A DNA stretch of 63,684 nt, filler included, from Octopus bimaculoides (Eukaryota), in assembly GCF_001194135.2 (NCBI RefSeq). It is 6 parts of 6 records of this genome, joined end to end, with 100 filler letters (N's around TTAATTAATTAA, not from the genome) between each part and the next. Parts side by side here need not be neighbours in the genome. Positions count along the whole stretch, not along the records: positions 47,242 to 56,396 come from NC_068985.1; positions 56,497 to 62,464 come from NC_068992.1; positions 62,565 to 63,684 come from NC_069004.1; 3 more parts are not named here. One strand, given 5' to 3'. The stretch's first letter is position 1; each line of letters opens with the position of its first letter. Under the pieces are notes generated by a model. It ran no database searches, was not told the origin of the DNA, and saw nothing but the letters and a program-made list of their open reading frames with translations. The translations under genes and the position numbers were made by a program. Below, one piece after another: positions 51,805-63,684 of the stretch.

Positions 51805-52220
51805 TTATGTTGTATCAGCTTTTGCCTTTCTCGTGGACAACATCGGTAGAGTGAAGAGCGATGACATGCTGCCTGGGTTGCTGAGACCCCCTTTCGGTCA
51901 TGACTGACCATGGGTTTACACCTAGAAAGTTACCCTCCGAGGCACAAGTCTGGGCAAGGTTGTTTACGGAAGACAGCAGTCGCCCATGCATACCGGTCTT
52001 CCCTCTCCACGCCACCAGTGTTATCCAAGGAAAAGGCAAAGGGGCCGATACAGCTTGGCACCTGTGACGTCACAACTCATTTCTACAGCTGAGTGAACTG
52101 GAGCAACGTGAAATAAAGTGTCTTTCTCAAGAACACAACACGCAGCCCGGTCCGGGATTCGAACTCACAACCTCACGATCGTGAGCTCGACGCTCTAACC
52201 ACTGAGCCATGCGCCTTCAC
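51805..52220 (-). mobile_element. tRNA-derived SINE with a different 3' tail
   Basis: Minus-strand head GGCGCATGGCTCAGTGGTTAGAGCG...GAGTTCGAATCCC. The body is shared with 51082. Confidence 0.85.
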
Positions 52221-52419
52221 AATACCTGCCTGGGTTTCAATTGGTAATTCATATAAAACAGGAATGAAAAAGTCGTCTTAGATTGCGCCCTGGAGAAGAC
52301 CTTTCTAGTTGTAAGATACATGGGTAACCGTGAGTGACAGATGACCCTTAGGTGATGCTCCCTAACATAGGCATAGGGTCTCGTATATTTCTACTATAAA
52401 CACAAAGCTTGACATTTTC

Positions 52420-52890
52420 TTTGGGGAGGTCAGTCGATTATATTAACTCCAGTGCTCAATTGGTTTCTTGTTTTACCGACCTCAACAAGATGAGAAGCGA
52501 AGTCAATTTCGGCAGAATTTTAACTCGGCTTACAAAGCCGGAAGGAATGTCCCTAAGCATTTTGTCCGGTGTGCTAACGATTCTGCTAGTTCGCCACCCA
52601 TAGGGCTTCATACGTTAAAGGAAGACAGTCGATTTAATAGAAGACCCCAGCATTTGACAAATTGTTATTTAAATGGTAATTATTTCTAACATAGACACAA
52701 AGCGATAAATTTTGATGTAAGGGTTAATTGATTAAATCGACCTTAACAATTAACGTACCTTAATTTTATCGACGCAAAAAAACTGAAAAAAAAAACTTGA
52801 TCTTGGTACGATTTGAACTCAGATCTTAAAGTCGGAACAAATGACTTGTGGCATGTTGTTTTGCCCTTTAACGATATTGCCAGTCCACTT
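52420..52890 (-). mobile_element. Two tandem diverged SINE copies (52420-52590 and 52690-52890)
   Basis: Reverse complements of the family head and core. Confidence 0.7.
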
Positions 52891-52913
52891 CTCTTCTTAT
52901 TTAAAAGATAATA

Positions 52914-53119
52914 CGGTATTTTCCGCCATAGAAGTCGACGTAGTATATAGAATAAGCGTGTAATATCAACATTCAAATATCGTCATTTTCATTCGGTATT
53001 TTGCTGTATATCACATGGAATTTTTGGTCTTCAAAATTTTCTTGGTGTATAAGTCGACCTACCTTTATCGGCAGTAAAATTTGATCTGAAAATTTCGACC
53101 TATATAGCGGAAAATATGG
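52914..53119. mobile_element. Tc2/pogo-like MITE, 206 bp, TA target duplication
   Basis: TA|CGGTATTTTCCGCCATAGAAGTCGA ... TCGACCTATATAGCGGAAAATATGG|TA. Confidence 0.8.
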
Positions 53120-53334
53120 TAACAGAATTAGAAAATGACGAAACATTGTTTCCACTAGGCTTCCATATTTATATGCTTTTCTATCGTTGTTGTTAGTTGT
53201 TTATCCGTAGATCAGCTCCGACTGGTAGACTTATTTATGAAAGGGGATTCTAATCACGACAACCATTTCTTATAATCCCAGGTCTATTTATTTGAAATAG
53301 TCCATATCGTCTTATTAAAAAATTTTAGACTATG

Positions 53335-53483
53335 AGTGGCTGTGTGGTAAGTAGCTTGCTTACCAACCACATGGTTCCGGGTTCAGTCCCACTGCGTGGC
53401 ACCTTGGGCAAGTGTCTTCTACTATAGCCTCGGGCCGACCAAAGCCTTGTGAGTGGATTTGGTAGACGGAAGCTGAAAGAAGC

Positions 53484-53543
<60 letters not shown>

Positions 53544-53747
53544 ATGCTTGTGTTTGTCCCCCCAACATCGCTTGACAACCGTTGCTGGTGTGTTTACGTC
53601 CCTGTAAATTAGCGGTTCGGCAAAAGGGACCGATAGAATAAGTACTAGGCTTACAAAGAATAAGTCCTGGGGTCGATTTGCTCGACAAAAGGCGTTGCTC
53701 CAGCATGGCCGCAGTCAAATAACTGAAACAAGTAAAAGAGTAAAAGA
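53335..53747 (+). mobile_element. SINE, full length, young-looking, internal (TA)n(TG)n
   Basis: Head TGGCTGTGTGGTAAG...GGGTTCAGTCCC and tail CTGAAACAAGTAAAAGAG. Many paralogues in the window. Confidence 0.9.
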
Positions 53748-55699
53748 ACATAATACGTAGATACAACAATTATTTCTAGCATGTCGTGTGACCTCGTAAA
53801 GGCTTCCACCTTATTGGCAAACTGAAACGACATCTAATATTGGACCGAGGACTTAAAAATGCCAGTCAGCTTAAAAGAAAATCCCCAGCCTTTGTCGGCA
53901 TTTTAAATCAGACATGTTTAACAAGTATGTTAGAGGGTGAAGCCTCCAGCAATTTTAACCTAAATTCTGACCATATTTCGGACAGAAACAAACTTAGCCG
54001 ACTTTCTTATTGAAATGCTTTCTTCTTGGATTCTTAATAAAATAAATATTCGTTTATCGATTCTCAAAGTCTTCTGGTTTAATGCTTGTAGTTTTTTTTC
54101 ATCTTTCTTTCTTAAATCGTCTATTTATTTATCTACTTTATTTTATTTGAGCCGATATCTCTTGACGAAGGATGAAACAATACAAATAATAGCGCATTGC
54201 AAACTCACACAGAAAATACAAAATCAAAAATAAAACGTCCATCTACACACGCACATAGATATACACACAGACACACACAAACACACACACACATGCGCGC
54301 GCGCATTACCGAGAATAGTAACATTCAGAAAAAGCGGAAATATATACAAGCGTGTGTGATAATACATCGGTGTTTTTATGCGTGTATGTGTTTGCTTGTA
54401 TGCGCGGCGTATTGTGAATGTATGTATGTATGTATGTATGTATGTATGTATGTATGTATATGTATATATATNNNNNNNNNNNNNNNNNNNNNNNNNNNNN
54501 NNNNNNNNNNNNNNNNNNNNNNNNNNNNNNNNNNNNNNNNNNNNNNNNNNNNNNNNNNNNNNNNNNNNNNNNNNNNNNNNNNNNNNNNNNNNNNNNNNNN
54601 NNNNNNNNNNNNNNNNNNNNNNNNNNNNNNNNNNNNNNNNNNNNNNNNNNNNNNNNNNNNNNNNNNNNNNNNNNNNNNNNNNNNNNNNNNNNNNNNNNNN
54701 NNNNNNNNNNNNNNNNNNNNNNNNNNNNNNNNNNNNNNNNNNNNNNNNNNNNNNNNNNNNNNNNNNNNNNNNNNNNNNNNNNNNNNNNNNNNNNNNNNNN
54801 NNNNNNNNNNNNNNNNNNNNNNNNNNNNNNNNNNNNNNNNNNNNNNNNNNNNNNNNNNNNNNNNNNNNNNNNNNNNNNNNNNNNNNNNNNNNNNNNNNNN
54901 NNNNNNNNNNNNNNNNNNNNNNNNNNNNNNNNNNNNNNNNNNNNNNNNNNNNNNNNNNNNNNNNNNNNNNNNNNNNNNNNNNNNNNNNNNNNNNNNNNNN
55001 NNNNNNNNNNNNNNNNNNNNNNNNNNNNNNNNNNNNNNNNNNNNNNNNNNNNNNNNNNNNNNNNNNNNNTATATATATATACATATACATATACATATGT
55101 ACACGTATATATTTAGACATCCATATGTACATATAATATACGCACATGTTTACATACATGTATACTTAAATGCAGACATGCACACACATACACATACAGA
55201 CTTACCCTGTATAACTACACCGAAATATAAGTGTATACATTTGCATATATTTGAGCTTCTCTTACAGTGGCTATTCTCGGTAACAGCTCCCTTTCACACA
55301 CACGACTGAATCTAAGGAAGACAACTATTTTAGTTGCATAGAATTTAAATTTCTCGCTAGATTATACACAGTAGCGGATATAGAATGTGGTGGATGGTAT
55401 GTTGGTGTTCGAATTCTTTTGTCTGTTGCTTACGACACAGTCGACCTTGATTTAGAAGCGACGACAGAGAAATGGAAGACATGGCTGCAGGGTTAACAAT
55501 AACGCTTCGCTACCATTTCGCTTCGAGTTCGGTTCCGTTCGACGGCACCAAGATCAAATGACTTCTGCTAAAACTACATATCGATCAGTGCTACACACAC
55601 TCACACACACCAGAGAATAAGGCGTCTGACTTCGAATCAGAATATTACGAGTTCGAGTCTCGTCGTGGTCGAGTGTGTTTTTATTGACGCTGGTGTGAC

Positions 55700-55850
55700 T
55701 GCGAGAAATCTCTTTCCCAGTCACATGGTTCCGGGTTCAGCCTCTATGCCTGGTTCCTCGGGCAAATGTCTTCTACCATAGCACCGGGCCGACCAAAGAC
55801 TTGTGAGTGGATTTGGTTGACGGAAACTAAAGGAAACCCGTCCACCACAT
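55700..55850 (+). mobile_element. SINE 5' half
   Basis: CACATGGTTCCGGGTTCAG...GTGAGTGGATTTGGTTGACGGAAAC. Confidence 0.8.
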
Positions 55851-56139
55851 TCTATATCCGCTGGAGCACTTCACAGCAAAAATGTTGATTTAATGAGAGA
55901 AATAAAAGCAAAAAAAATCAGCCACCAGAATAGCAGAACTGTCCGAAAAATTTCAAAATTATGAACTATACGAAATGGATTCAAAGACTCATAAGATTTT
56001 ATTAAATACATACGTCTGTATCGGCAATGAGACTGGAATTTAACCAGTCCATTTTTCAAGGCTTGCCACCTCCGACCCTATGTCAAGAAAAGGTGGAGAG
56101 TCCCTCTCCACCGGACAAGCCCTGATTAACAGGTAGGAC

Positions 56140-56396
56140 ATGTCTGTTCACATTGGTTGTTTAAATGTTCGTGGCCTGTTGTCTAGCTGGAAGCAAGGAC
56201 GCTTCCTAAATGACATCAGGTCAAGAAAATTGGATGTGATTGTTGCAACGGACACCCGAGTAAAGGGGCCAAGAGATCTGTCCCCCCTGAACGGCTACGA
56301 GAAATACGTTTCTCCGAGTCGAGCAGGAGGTGGGGTGTTGGTCCTACTAAAAAGAAACCGGGTAACCGAGAAAAAGTTGTTTTTTTCTGATCCAGA
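56140..56396 (+). mobile_element. L1/Tx1-type LINE ORF2 start (APE endonuclease N-terminus), cut by a gap
   Basis: MSVHIGCLNVRGL...KLDVIVATDTR...GGGVLVLLK...FSDP matches APE motifs (NVRGL, QET position, GGV, SDPxGR). Confidence 0.8.
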
Positions 56397-56496
56397 NNNN
56401 NNNNNNNNNNNNNNNNNNNNNNNNNNNNNNNNNNNNNNNNTTAATTAATTAANNNNNNNNNNNNNNNNNNNNNNNNNNNNNNNNNNNNNNNNNNNN

Positions 56497-56527
<31 letters not shown>

Positions 56528-58008
56528 GCATGAATATATATATATATATATATATGCATGAATATATATATGTATATATATTCTGCTATACGTTTCAGCC
56601 CTAAGGCTGTGACCATGCTGTGTGGATGGATGTATGCACACACACACACACACACACACACAATAATAAGTAGATATTTTCTTCAATGAATACAGTACAT
56701 ATACACAAACACACACCTTTTCTCAGTCTGTTTTTTTTTCTTTATTTATTTGTTTTTTTTTTTCTCCTTGACCTGATATCATTTCTGCTTCAGGTATATT
56801 CATACAATGAACAGAAGATTTTTCACCTGAATTTATAATCGAATCATTGAAACATGCGCTGATTATGTTATACACTTTATGCTCTGAAATAAATCCAATA
56901 GACTATACAACTTTAATTCAATATTGCTGAGTTATTTAACGATATGAATATGACATTCATTTCATATTCACCTACTCTATTTTGATGTTACAATATAACA
57001 TAACATGTTCCAAAGTCTACCGACCTATCTACCTACTATTCCTTACCATCTGCAAGCAACTACCAACTCTCTCATTACCCTGTGGCACATTTTCCTTTTT
57101 TTAATTCTTACTTCCAAGATTCACGTTTTGTTAATATTGATTTTGGCACAGTTAAAAGTAATGCATTAGCTAAATAAACTCTATGTAGCTGCTATACTTC
57201 CTGTAATTATTTCAAAAGTGTTTCTTATCAGATAAAGCTTCCTGTATATTTTCACTATCATGGTTCTAGTTTATTATTTTGCTGTTGTTTTTTAATTCAA
57301 CTTTCAGATTATTTCTTGAAATTTCATTGGTAAGAATAAACTTTATAAGATTCAGTGATAACATATGGATTATTTCTTTGAGAAGCTTCAGTGACAAGGA
57401 AGCATCAAAAGGAATAATAATAATACAAATACTTTACAAAAATCAACGTCTGTTTTTTGTTTTTTAAATTATAAACGATGACAATGAAATAATTGTCTTT
57501 TTTCTTTAATTATTTTCATTGCATTTCTATGTGTTTTCCTTACATCTTTTCCATCAGGCGGTGTTATGTATCGTTATAGTCATTATTTTATGCTTCCTAA
57601 TGAAAAAGTTGATGTATGGAAACAGAAAAATCAGAGAGGAAACAAACAAAATTAAAACAGACAATAATAATAAACGCATAAATAACATATAAACAAAATT
57701 AGTTATACACCGGAAAACCAGAGTCATGTCAATGAAAATTTAAATAAAAGTACTTCTAAAGCAATCTCTTTGCAAACAACTGATTTAAAATATATGGTTT
57801 CTTGTTGTAAACAAAGGTGCAAATGCATATAATTAAAAACATGCACACATACAAGTACAGGCGTGGCTGTGTTGTAAGAAGTTTGCTTCCAAACCACATG
57901 GTTTCAGGTTCAGATCAAGTGTGTGACACATTGGGCAAATCTAGGCCTTGTGCCTAGAGTGCTCCAACATGACCACAGCCACATAGCTGAAACATATAAA
58001 GAAGAAAC

Positions 58009-58049
<41 letters not shown>

Positions 58050-58084
58050 NNNNNNNNNNNNNNNNNNNNNNNNNNNNNNNTATA

Positions 58085-58779
58085 CATCATCGTTTAATGT
58101 CCATTTTCCATGCTAGCATGGGTTGGATGGTTCGACCGGGGTCTGGGAAGCCAGGAGGCTGCACCAGGCTCCAGTCTGATCTGGCAGTGTTTCTACAGCT
58201 GGATGCCCTTCCTAATGCCAACGACTCCATGAGTGCAGTGAGTGCTTTTTACTCCATGAGTGTAGTGGGGCCTGAGGAGGCTGGCAATGGCCATGATTGG
58301 TTAGTGCTTTTTACGTGCCACAGGCATGGGTATCACAACTACAATTTCCATTTGATTCTTATTTTGATGTTGATGTTCTTGACTCAATAGGTCTCCTCAA
58401 GCACAGCAGGTCGCCCTACAATCCAAGGTAAACACAGAAGGTTGCCCTACGGTCCAAGGTACTTTTGAATGGGCTGGGGTTGGTTATGTGAAACTGGTGT
58501 GGGATACAGTCGCGAACTCACTTTATTTGTCGGGTCTTTGCAGTCACAGCATATCTCCAGAGGTTTTGGTCTTTTGTTATTGCCTCTGTGAGGCCCAACG
58601 TTCGAAGGTCATGCTTGACCATCTCGTCTCATGTCTTCCTGGGTCTACCTCTACCCCGGATTCCTTCAACTGTTTGGGAGTGGCACTTTTTCACACGTTT
58701 CTTCTCATCTCTCTGTAGTACATGACCATACTCGTGCAAACGTCTCTCTTGCACACCACATCCGATGCTTCATATCTCC
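58085..58779 (-). mobile_element. RTE-type LINE 3' end (ORF C-terminus, 3' UTR, (GAT)n tail)
   Basis: Minus strand reads RRLHEYGHVLQRDE...VEGIRGRGRPRKT*DEMVKHDL...LWRYAV. Confidence 0.85.
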
Positions 58780-59511
58780 ATATACATACATATGTATATA
58801 TATTATGCACCTCACAGGATGTGTGTGTATGGATATATATATATATATATATATATAAATTTAGTGAATGGAGTAAAACGCATATGTTAACTGCATTCAC
58901 TAAATTTATATATACTCAAGTACCCAAAATAACAAGGAGTTTCTACCTCATAAACAGGAGTTACACCAGTCATTTTGTGATCTTTGCTACCCTGGTATCT
59001 ATTAACCAATTTATTTTGTCCGAGTTATTTATTAATTAGGAGAAAATGCCACTTGGCTGAAACACATAAATAAATAAATATATATATATATATATATATA
59101 CATTCTTAGACATATATACACACATACACGCATATATATTTTATGCACAATATAAATATATATGTGTGGGGGTTTTTTTGTACACACATACACACATGGC
59201 AACATGTGTGTACATGTGCACATGTGCATAAAAGAAAAGAAAAAAAGAGGCAAATACATTGTATAGGTAATCTTTTAAGGTGGAACAGATGGGCTGAATA
59301 TGACTGCTCCTTCCTCTTCAAAAATAGAGACCTTTAAATTAACCTACATACAAGTGACTTCAGTGCTGGATAAATAAGTATAACATTCATGTGTTGGGGT
59401 ATGGATTACTAACTTATGAACAGAGCAAAACTGTTCTTTCTGAACTTTGCATATAAGTATGGAAGCACATAGGGGCCTAATGTTCTAATGTTTGCAATAT
59501 GTTCATCTCTA

Positions 59512-59726
59512 AGGGTAGCAAGCTGGCAGAATCGTTAGCATGCTGGACAAAATTCTTAGCAGTATTTCATTCTGAGTTCAAATTCCACTGAGGTTGACTT
59601 CGTCTTTCATCCTTTCGGACTCGATTTAATAAGTACCAGTTACACATTGGAGTCGATGTAATCCCGTTGTCTGTCCTTGTTTGTCCCCTCTACGTTTAGC
59701 CCCCCTGTGGGCAATAAAGAAATAAA
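59512..59726 (+). mobile_element. SINE, near full length
   Basis: GCAAGCTGGCAGAATCGTTAGCATG...GTGGGCAATAAAGAAATAAA. Confidence 0.85.
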
Positions 59727-59800
59727 TATGTTCATCTCTATGTGTAAGCATCCAATGAAATGTTTGTCCAGAAGCAGAAGTATGATATGTAATCAATTTA

Positions 59801-60420
59801 AGCTTTAGAGGCAATGACAGGTGACTGAGACCTTTGGAGATATGCTGTGTTTGAGCAGACCCAGCAACTGAAGTGAGATCGCAGCCATGGCCGATGCCAT
59901 TGTTGCATGTCCAGCCCATTTAAGAGTACTCTTGATGCTTGAGAAGACCTGTTGAGTCAAGTAAAACCAAAATCGTTGCTGTGGCCAGTGCCCCCTGACT
60001 GGGTTTCATTCCGGTGACACGTAAAATGCATCATCCGAATGTGGTCAAGCTAGGTCTGCCTGACTGACTCCTGTGCTGGTGGTGTGTAAAAAGCACTATC
60101 TGAATGTGATCGATTCCAGGACCGCTTGACTGGAACCTGTGCTGGTGGCACATATAAAGCACCATCTGAGATCCGCCTGACTGGCTCCCATGCCGGTGGC
60201 ACATAAATAGCACTATCAGAACGTGATTGATGCCAGGACCGCCCGACCAGCTCTTGTGCTGGTGGAACATAAAAAGCACCTACTACACTTTCAGAGTAGT
60301 TGGAACATTGCCAGATCAGATTGGAGACTGGTGTAGCTGCTGGCTCTCCAGCCCTCAGTCAAACCATCCAAACCATGCCAACACGGAAAACGGATGTTAA
60401 ACGATGATGATGATCATCAT
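59801..60420 (+). mobile_element. RTE-type LINE 3' end with five internal subrepeats
   Basis: DLWRYAV remnant and ...GGATGTTAAACGATGATGATGAT tail. Confidence 0.75.
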
Positions 60421-60603
60421 TAGTATATTACTTGGTATTTGGTAAATATGTAATAAATAGATTTTCTTGTTAACTTTCAAGCTTAGATATAATTGCTCGA
60501 CAAGGGAATAAGACTCTATGACAGACAGAGCTGCTTCTTATGGCCATGTGACACTGGCCAACTGATGTTAGCAACACACCTACTTCTTTTCCTTTATTGT
60601 CCT

Positions 60604-60990
60604 TTTTATTTGCTTCATGCATTTGGCTACGGCCATGCTGGGGCACTGCCTGGAAGAACATATTTTCAAATGAATTGATGCTCACTACATATTTTACTTA
60701 CATTTTAAGCCTGATACTTATTACATCGGTATCTTTTGCTGAACTTTTAAGCTATGAGGATGTAAACTCACCAACACCGGTTGTCAAGCAGTGGTAGAGA
60801 AAAACTGACACACAGACACACAAACACACACATATATGACAGGCTTCTTTCTGTTTCCATCAACCGAATCCACTCACAATACTTTGGTCAGCTTGTGGCT
60901 ATATTAGAAGATACTTACCCAAGATGCCACACAGTGGAACTGAAAGCAGAGCCAAGTGATTGAGAAAACAACCTGCTTACCACACAGCCA
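60604..60990 (-). mobile_element. SINE, diverged full length
   Basis: Reverse complement of the 53335 family. Confidence 0.8.
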
Positions 60991-61326
60991 ACCTGGTTGA
61001 TTATTCATTATTTTATTTAATTAGTTAGATCAAATTCGTGAGAAGCTGTTTGCTTTGATTTTCTTTATAATTTGGTCAAAACTATGGAGTTGCCATGACA
61101 TGTTCAGACTATTGTAGACTACAGATGTCAGTGTAGCTAATAACTAACCAGTCGATGTACAGGTTCATTTCTACATGATAAATATGGGAGAAGAAGTAAC
61201 TGGAGATGCGGTTTGAATCTTGGCCACAGCGTAACCTTTACTAAAGGTCCAAATGTGAGGTAGTGGCTTGAAGCAGATGGAAAAGTTCAACCTAAAACCC
61301 TAAGACTAAACACACAACTCCTTTAT

Positions 61327-61862
61327 AGCAAGACACCTGTTTCTGCCTTTCTGTCTCTCTGCCACACCCCAACCTGTCGTCACCTGACACAAGATCCCCT
61401 TCTCCAATGGCTCCACCCCTCTCATAATTCCTCGTCTTGCAAGTAACTTGGTGACTCTGTCAGTGCTGGTGCCATGTAAAAAGCATCCAGTCCACACTGT
61501 AAAGCAGTTGGCATTTGGAAGGGCATTCAGCTGTGAAAATCATGTCAAATTGACCTCACCTGTGCTAGTGCCATATAAAAAGCACTGAGTCCACTCTGCT
61601 GAGTGGTTGGCGTCAAGAAGGGCATCCAGCCATAAAAACCCTGCCAAAACAGACACAGTAACCTGGGGGCAGTCTCCTACCCAGCTGTCTCCTGTCAATT
61701 GTGCTACCCATCCATGAATGGAAGATGGACATTAAACAATGATAATGATGATGGTGATGACGACGACGACGATGATGATGATGGTGATGACGACGACGAT
61801 GATGATGATGATGTTGACGACGACGATGATGATGATGATGGCGATGACAATGAGGATGTTGA
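61327..61862 (+). mobile_element. SINE or short element with RTE-type tail followed by an expanded (GAT/GAC)n
   Basis: GAAGGGCATCCAGC...ATGGACATTAAACAATGAT tail is shared with 58085 and 60420. Confidence 0.7.
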
Positions 61863-61939
61863 CAAACCCACAGCTGTACTTTAACCAGAGAAAACAAATA
61901 TTAGTTCAGGCAAATATAAAGTTTTTCCTTTCCATACAT

Positions 61940-62310
61940 CATCTTGTGATGCACCTGAACACATTCTCAGTGACATTTCCTTTGGTCATTAAGTGTTTCA
62001 GACTATTCAATATCAGAAACCCTCACCCAAGTCACTCAGAGAGGGCTGATCAAGCCCAGGCTTATATCAAATTCACACAACTTTTGCTAGCTTTGCTCCA
62101 TGTGGAGCTTGCACCTCTTGGTCCAAAAGCCACCTTCAAGCAACTTCTGTTGCCTTCAACAGCCAACTAGACACCTTTCTTCCCCAACTGGTCCCTGTGA
62201 CATCAGGCATGTTGTAAGCTCTACAGAAGGAGTGACTGCCTTGCTAACCCACTACATATCACCTTTATGGAATCACACTGTGCATGGCAGCCACAACTAT
62301 CAATAATAAG
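61940..62310 (-). mobile_element. HERO-type (R2-group, restriction-like endonuclease) LINE 3' end
   Basis: Minus strand reads SIKVICSGLARQSL / RAYNM...KATEVA*RWL, resembling PIEVGCRGFAxQSL..RAY..AAExASRWLW. The UTR TGATCAGCCC...GGGTGAGGGTTTCTGAT...GAAACAC is as I recall for HERO elements. Confidence 0.65.
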
Positions 62311-62420
62311 ATACATTACCAAATTCTGAAGACAAACATCGCAATTTTCTCAAAATATATAATAATATCTTGCATTAATCAGAAATAACAAAATGAAAGA
62401 AATCGTGAATATTTATCTGC

Positions 62421-62464
<44 letters not shown>

Positions 62465-62583
62465 NNNNNNNNNNNNNNNNNNNNNNNNNNNNNNNNNNNN
62501 NNNNNNNNTTAATTAATTAANNNNNNNNNNNNNNNNNNNNNNNNNNNNNNNNNNNNNNNNNNNNATATATATATATATATATA

Positions 62584-62740
62584 CGGCGGGCTTCTTTCAG
62601 TTTCTATCTACCAAATCCACTCACAAGGCTTTGGTCGACTTTTGGCTATAGTAGAAGACACTTGCTCAAGGTGCCACGCAGTGGGACTGAACTCCGGAAT
62701 CATGTGGTTGGAAAGCAAGCTTCATACCACACAGCCACAC
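62584..62740 (-). mobile_element. SINE 5' half
   Basis: Reverse complement of the 53335 head. Confidence 0.85.
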
Positions 62741-63650
62741 CTCCGAGACATCTGACTGAGCCATGACACTCCAGTCTCGTGTCATTTCCGCTCTACCAGT
62801 CACTCTTTGCAACACCTATCTGTGTTCGGATTGTCCTTGCACAGGGGCCATCTGGACTCCCGTTTGCACCGAGAACAGGGATTAATCTTCTCTCTTCACC
62901 ACATGGGCTCAACTCTCCTCTCTGCCCCTCCTACCCACCTCTCCTCTCTTGCTCCGACTCCTACTTCTTCTCTCCACTCCTACTCTCCTTCTCTCTGCTC
63001 TTTACTCCTACCCACCTTCTCTCTTCCCCCTTCATCGTCACCTTTCCCTCGTAACCCCACTCCACCCCTACACAATCCAACCCCACCTTCCCTATCCATC
63101 CCATCCCACCCACGTCATCCCTTACACCCACTCCCACATTCCCTACCTCTACCCCCACCCTCAGCCTAACCAACATCCTACCCTTGCTTTCCCCACTCTC
63201 TCCCTCACCTTCCAACACCATCACACCACACTGCACCACACACCACCATACCACACAACACCACATCACATCACACCACCACGCACACTAGTACTGACCA
63301 CTTCCCAGCCCCACATCCACACACACACACGTCAAGGTCACCAGCCCTCTTCCACACGCACATACATACTCTCTTATACATACGCATGCACACCTTCGTT
63401 TTGGGATCACCACTACTTTATTATCTCCCCTTAACCCTAGCTCTCCTGTATGACTCTCTGTCCGGCATTCGCCATGAGATCGCTAGCCACTACACATTCT
63501 TTATTTTCTCTCCTTGTTTCTTTCTGTGGAAGAGCGTAGGCTCGAAACGTTAAAGACTTTTTCACTTCCCGATCGTTAAACTAATACATCTGTTTGTTGT
63601 CTACACCACCTGTCTTCGTCTGTTGTTTTTTGTGAATTATCCCTATATAT
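62741..63650 (+). mobile_element. Penelope-like element 3' end: GIY-YIG endonuclease C-terminus, low-complexity tract and pseudo-LTR
   Basis: LRDI*LSHDTPVSCHFRSTSHSLQHLSVFGL...RLHREQGLIFSL matches the PLE motif PVAxHFNxxGHS...RxxxExxLI. Confidence 0.82.
63519..63556 (+). ncRNA. PLE-associated minimal hammerhead-like motif (A6 to U variant)
   Basis: UCUUU-CUGUGGA-A-GAGC-GUAG-GCUC-GAAAC-GUU-AAAGA. Stem I has 5 bp and stem II has 4 bp. Confidence 0.6.
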
Positions 63651-63684
63651 ACATACATACATACATATATACACACACACACAC

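Noticed and set aside
53790-54010. About 73 open codons on the plus strand
   Set aside because: No start or splice context. FHLIGKLKRHL resembles a mariner C-terminal remnant rather than a host gene.
55441-55491. 51-nt exon-like segment (DLDLEATTEKWKTWLQ)
   Set aside because: Weak donor (GTTAAC), abuts a decayed SINE, and has no supporting neighbours.
62807-63434. Pro/His/Thr-rich ORFs
   Set aside because: Low-complexity tract within the Penelope 3' region; only the short GIY-YIG part is meaningful.

Overview
AT-rich, gap-ridden eukaryotic genomic DNA with dense microsatellites. The repeat families resemble those I recall from octopus (coleoid cephalopod) draft assemblies; this is inference, not a database result. 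I cannot support any recognisable intact protein-coding gene, and almost all long ORFs in the track are artefacts of N-gaps or microsatellites. The window is mostly decayed transposons. It holds over 30 tRNA-headed SINE copies in about three families; fragments of R4/Dong-, RTE-, HERO- and L1/Tx1-type LINEs; Penelope-like element (PLE) ends, one with a GIY-YIG endonuclease remnant; mariner and rosa-like Tc1/mariner remnants; and MITE/foldback elements. The most interesting signal is six minimal type I hammerhead-ribozyme-like motifs in three sequence families. The motif at 13690-13734 has an intact CUGAUGA/GAAA core, a GUC cleavage site and a palindromic stem III. Three PLE-end copies share an unusual A6-to-U core change. 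Several long inverted repeats could form dsRNA, and a few unverified splice-site-bounded exon candidates lie mostly on the minus strand.
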